Positions 62,901-64,000 of a stretch of 64,000 bases of DNA are shown one piece after another. This stretch comes from Malacoraja senta (Eukaryota). A program made the position numbers and the translations under genes. Where the stretch lies: NCBI GenBank assembly GCA_038087875.1, contig JAXLNO010000316.1:1-64000 (forward strand), read 5' to 3'. Every line of letters starts with the position of its first letter. The first letter of the stretch is position 1. The notes beneath the pieces were generated by a model. It made no database searches, was not told the origin of the DNA, and saw nothing but the letters and a program-made list of their open reading frames with translations.

Positions 62901-63467
62901 ACACTCTCTTCACAATAAATTCCAAAGTGATTTACTTTTCGTCACATCAGATTAACCTTTAAAATGTATTTGAATTCAGCATCAGAAGAATGTTGGTTTA
63001 ATGTGCACTGTAGAGATTTTATGACTAATATCTGGGCTTGCATTCCACCATGGTGTTGTGGGAGGACAGTGTGTTGCTGCTGCATTGTAGACATGACGCT
63101 GAACTGGGGCTGGAACTGACATTCAAAGTCTAGGGCTTCGGAGGCTGCATGCATATTGTGGAGGCCTCAGCATACATTAGACCAAAGTTGTTACAGTTTC
63201 CAAAAGAGTTATTTAGTCATGGTGAACCTCACAGTTCCCATTTATTCAGCTTGTGTGACGGCGATGCCACTCTTCAAATATCAGGAACTGCCTCACAACT
63301 GTTATTAAACTGAGAATTCTGTGGAATTGTGTAACCCGTGTTAACCTGTTAATATTTAATGCACTTCGTTCTGTTGCGTTGTTGTCTCCGCCACACCAGA
63401 TGTAAGACTGTGCCGTAACTATGATATACTACTGTGATACCTGTGAACATGGTCACCAGAACTCAAA

Positions 63468-63840
63468 TAGACACAAGGAACTGCAGATGCCGGAAGTTGA
63501 GCAGAAACCCAAAGCGACAATAGGACAGAAAAGTGCGAAAATATCTCAGCGGGACAGCCAGTATATCTGGAGAACATAGATAGGTGACGTTGTGGTTGAG
63601 ACCTTTCGTCAGACGTATTTGTATTTTTGTTTCAGCAAAAAACTACAAAGTGCTGGAATAACTCAATGTGCCAGGTAGCATTTCTGGAGAACCGGAATCA
63701 GAATAAATATATCCCCACAGATTGTTGAGTCTAAACCAAAGTAAGCAAAGACACGATCCGCAACGTCGCTTAGACATGTTCTCCATAAATGCTGTCTGGC
63801 CCGCCGAGTTACTCCAGCAGTTTGCGCTTTTTGTTTAGCT
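63468..63840. mobile_element. Cluster of Penelope-like termini in both orientations
   Basis: Two minus-strand copies and one plus-strand copy of the shared terminus, with degenerate hammerhead cores. Confidence 0.65.
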
Positions 63841-64000
63841 CGAACCTCATTATCAGTTTGAAGAAAGTCACCAGAGACACAGCCAGTAGATGGCGGAGCA
63901 GATCCGTCACATAGTTTGTTCCAAGCTGTAAAGTGGATAATGTTCACCACATTGACAAAACCTTTGCTAAGTTGTCAATAACATCATTAAATCATAAGTT

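Overview
Repeat-dominated vertebrate genomic DNA. The mix of CR1/HER1-type LINEs with (ATGTTTCT)n tails, HE1-like V-SINEs, Penelope fragments, Rex1, L2, Tx1, HERO and Tc1 points to a cartilaginous fish, probably a skate or ray (inference). I found no intact host protein-coding gene, rRNA, true tRNA or CRISPR array. Nearly all ORFs in the track are TE remnants, antisense shadows or microsatellite artefacts. Most notable: (1) a near-full-length, invertebrate-like single-ORF LINE with a 2A-like peptide-PHD-APE-RT architecture (48642-53946); (2) a gamma-type retroviral env/LTR fragment inside a CR1, flanked by a 39-bp direct repeat; (3) a ~4.4-kb tandem duplication with a GC-rich non-autonomous retroelement exactly at the junction, resembling a giant TSD; (4) minimal hammerhead-ribozyme motifs on Penelope termini; (5) a candidate spliced connexin-like pseudogene at 41074-42071; (6) CTCF-consensus motifs on several TE families. 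Boundaries were read by eye and are approximate unless a TSD or TIR is quoted.
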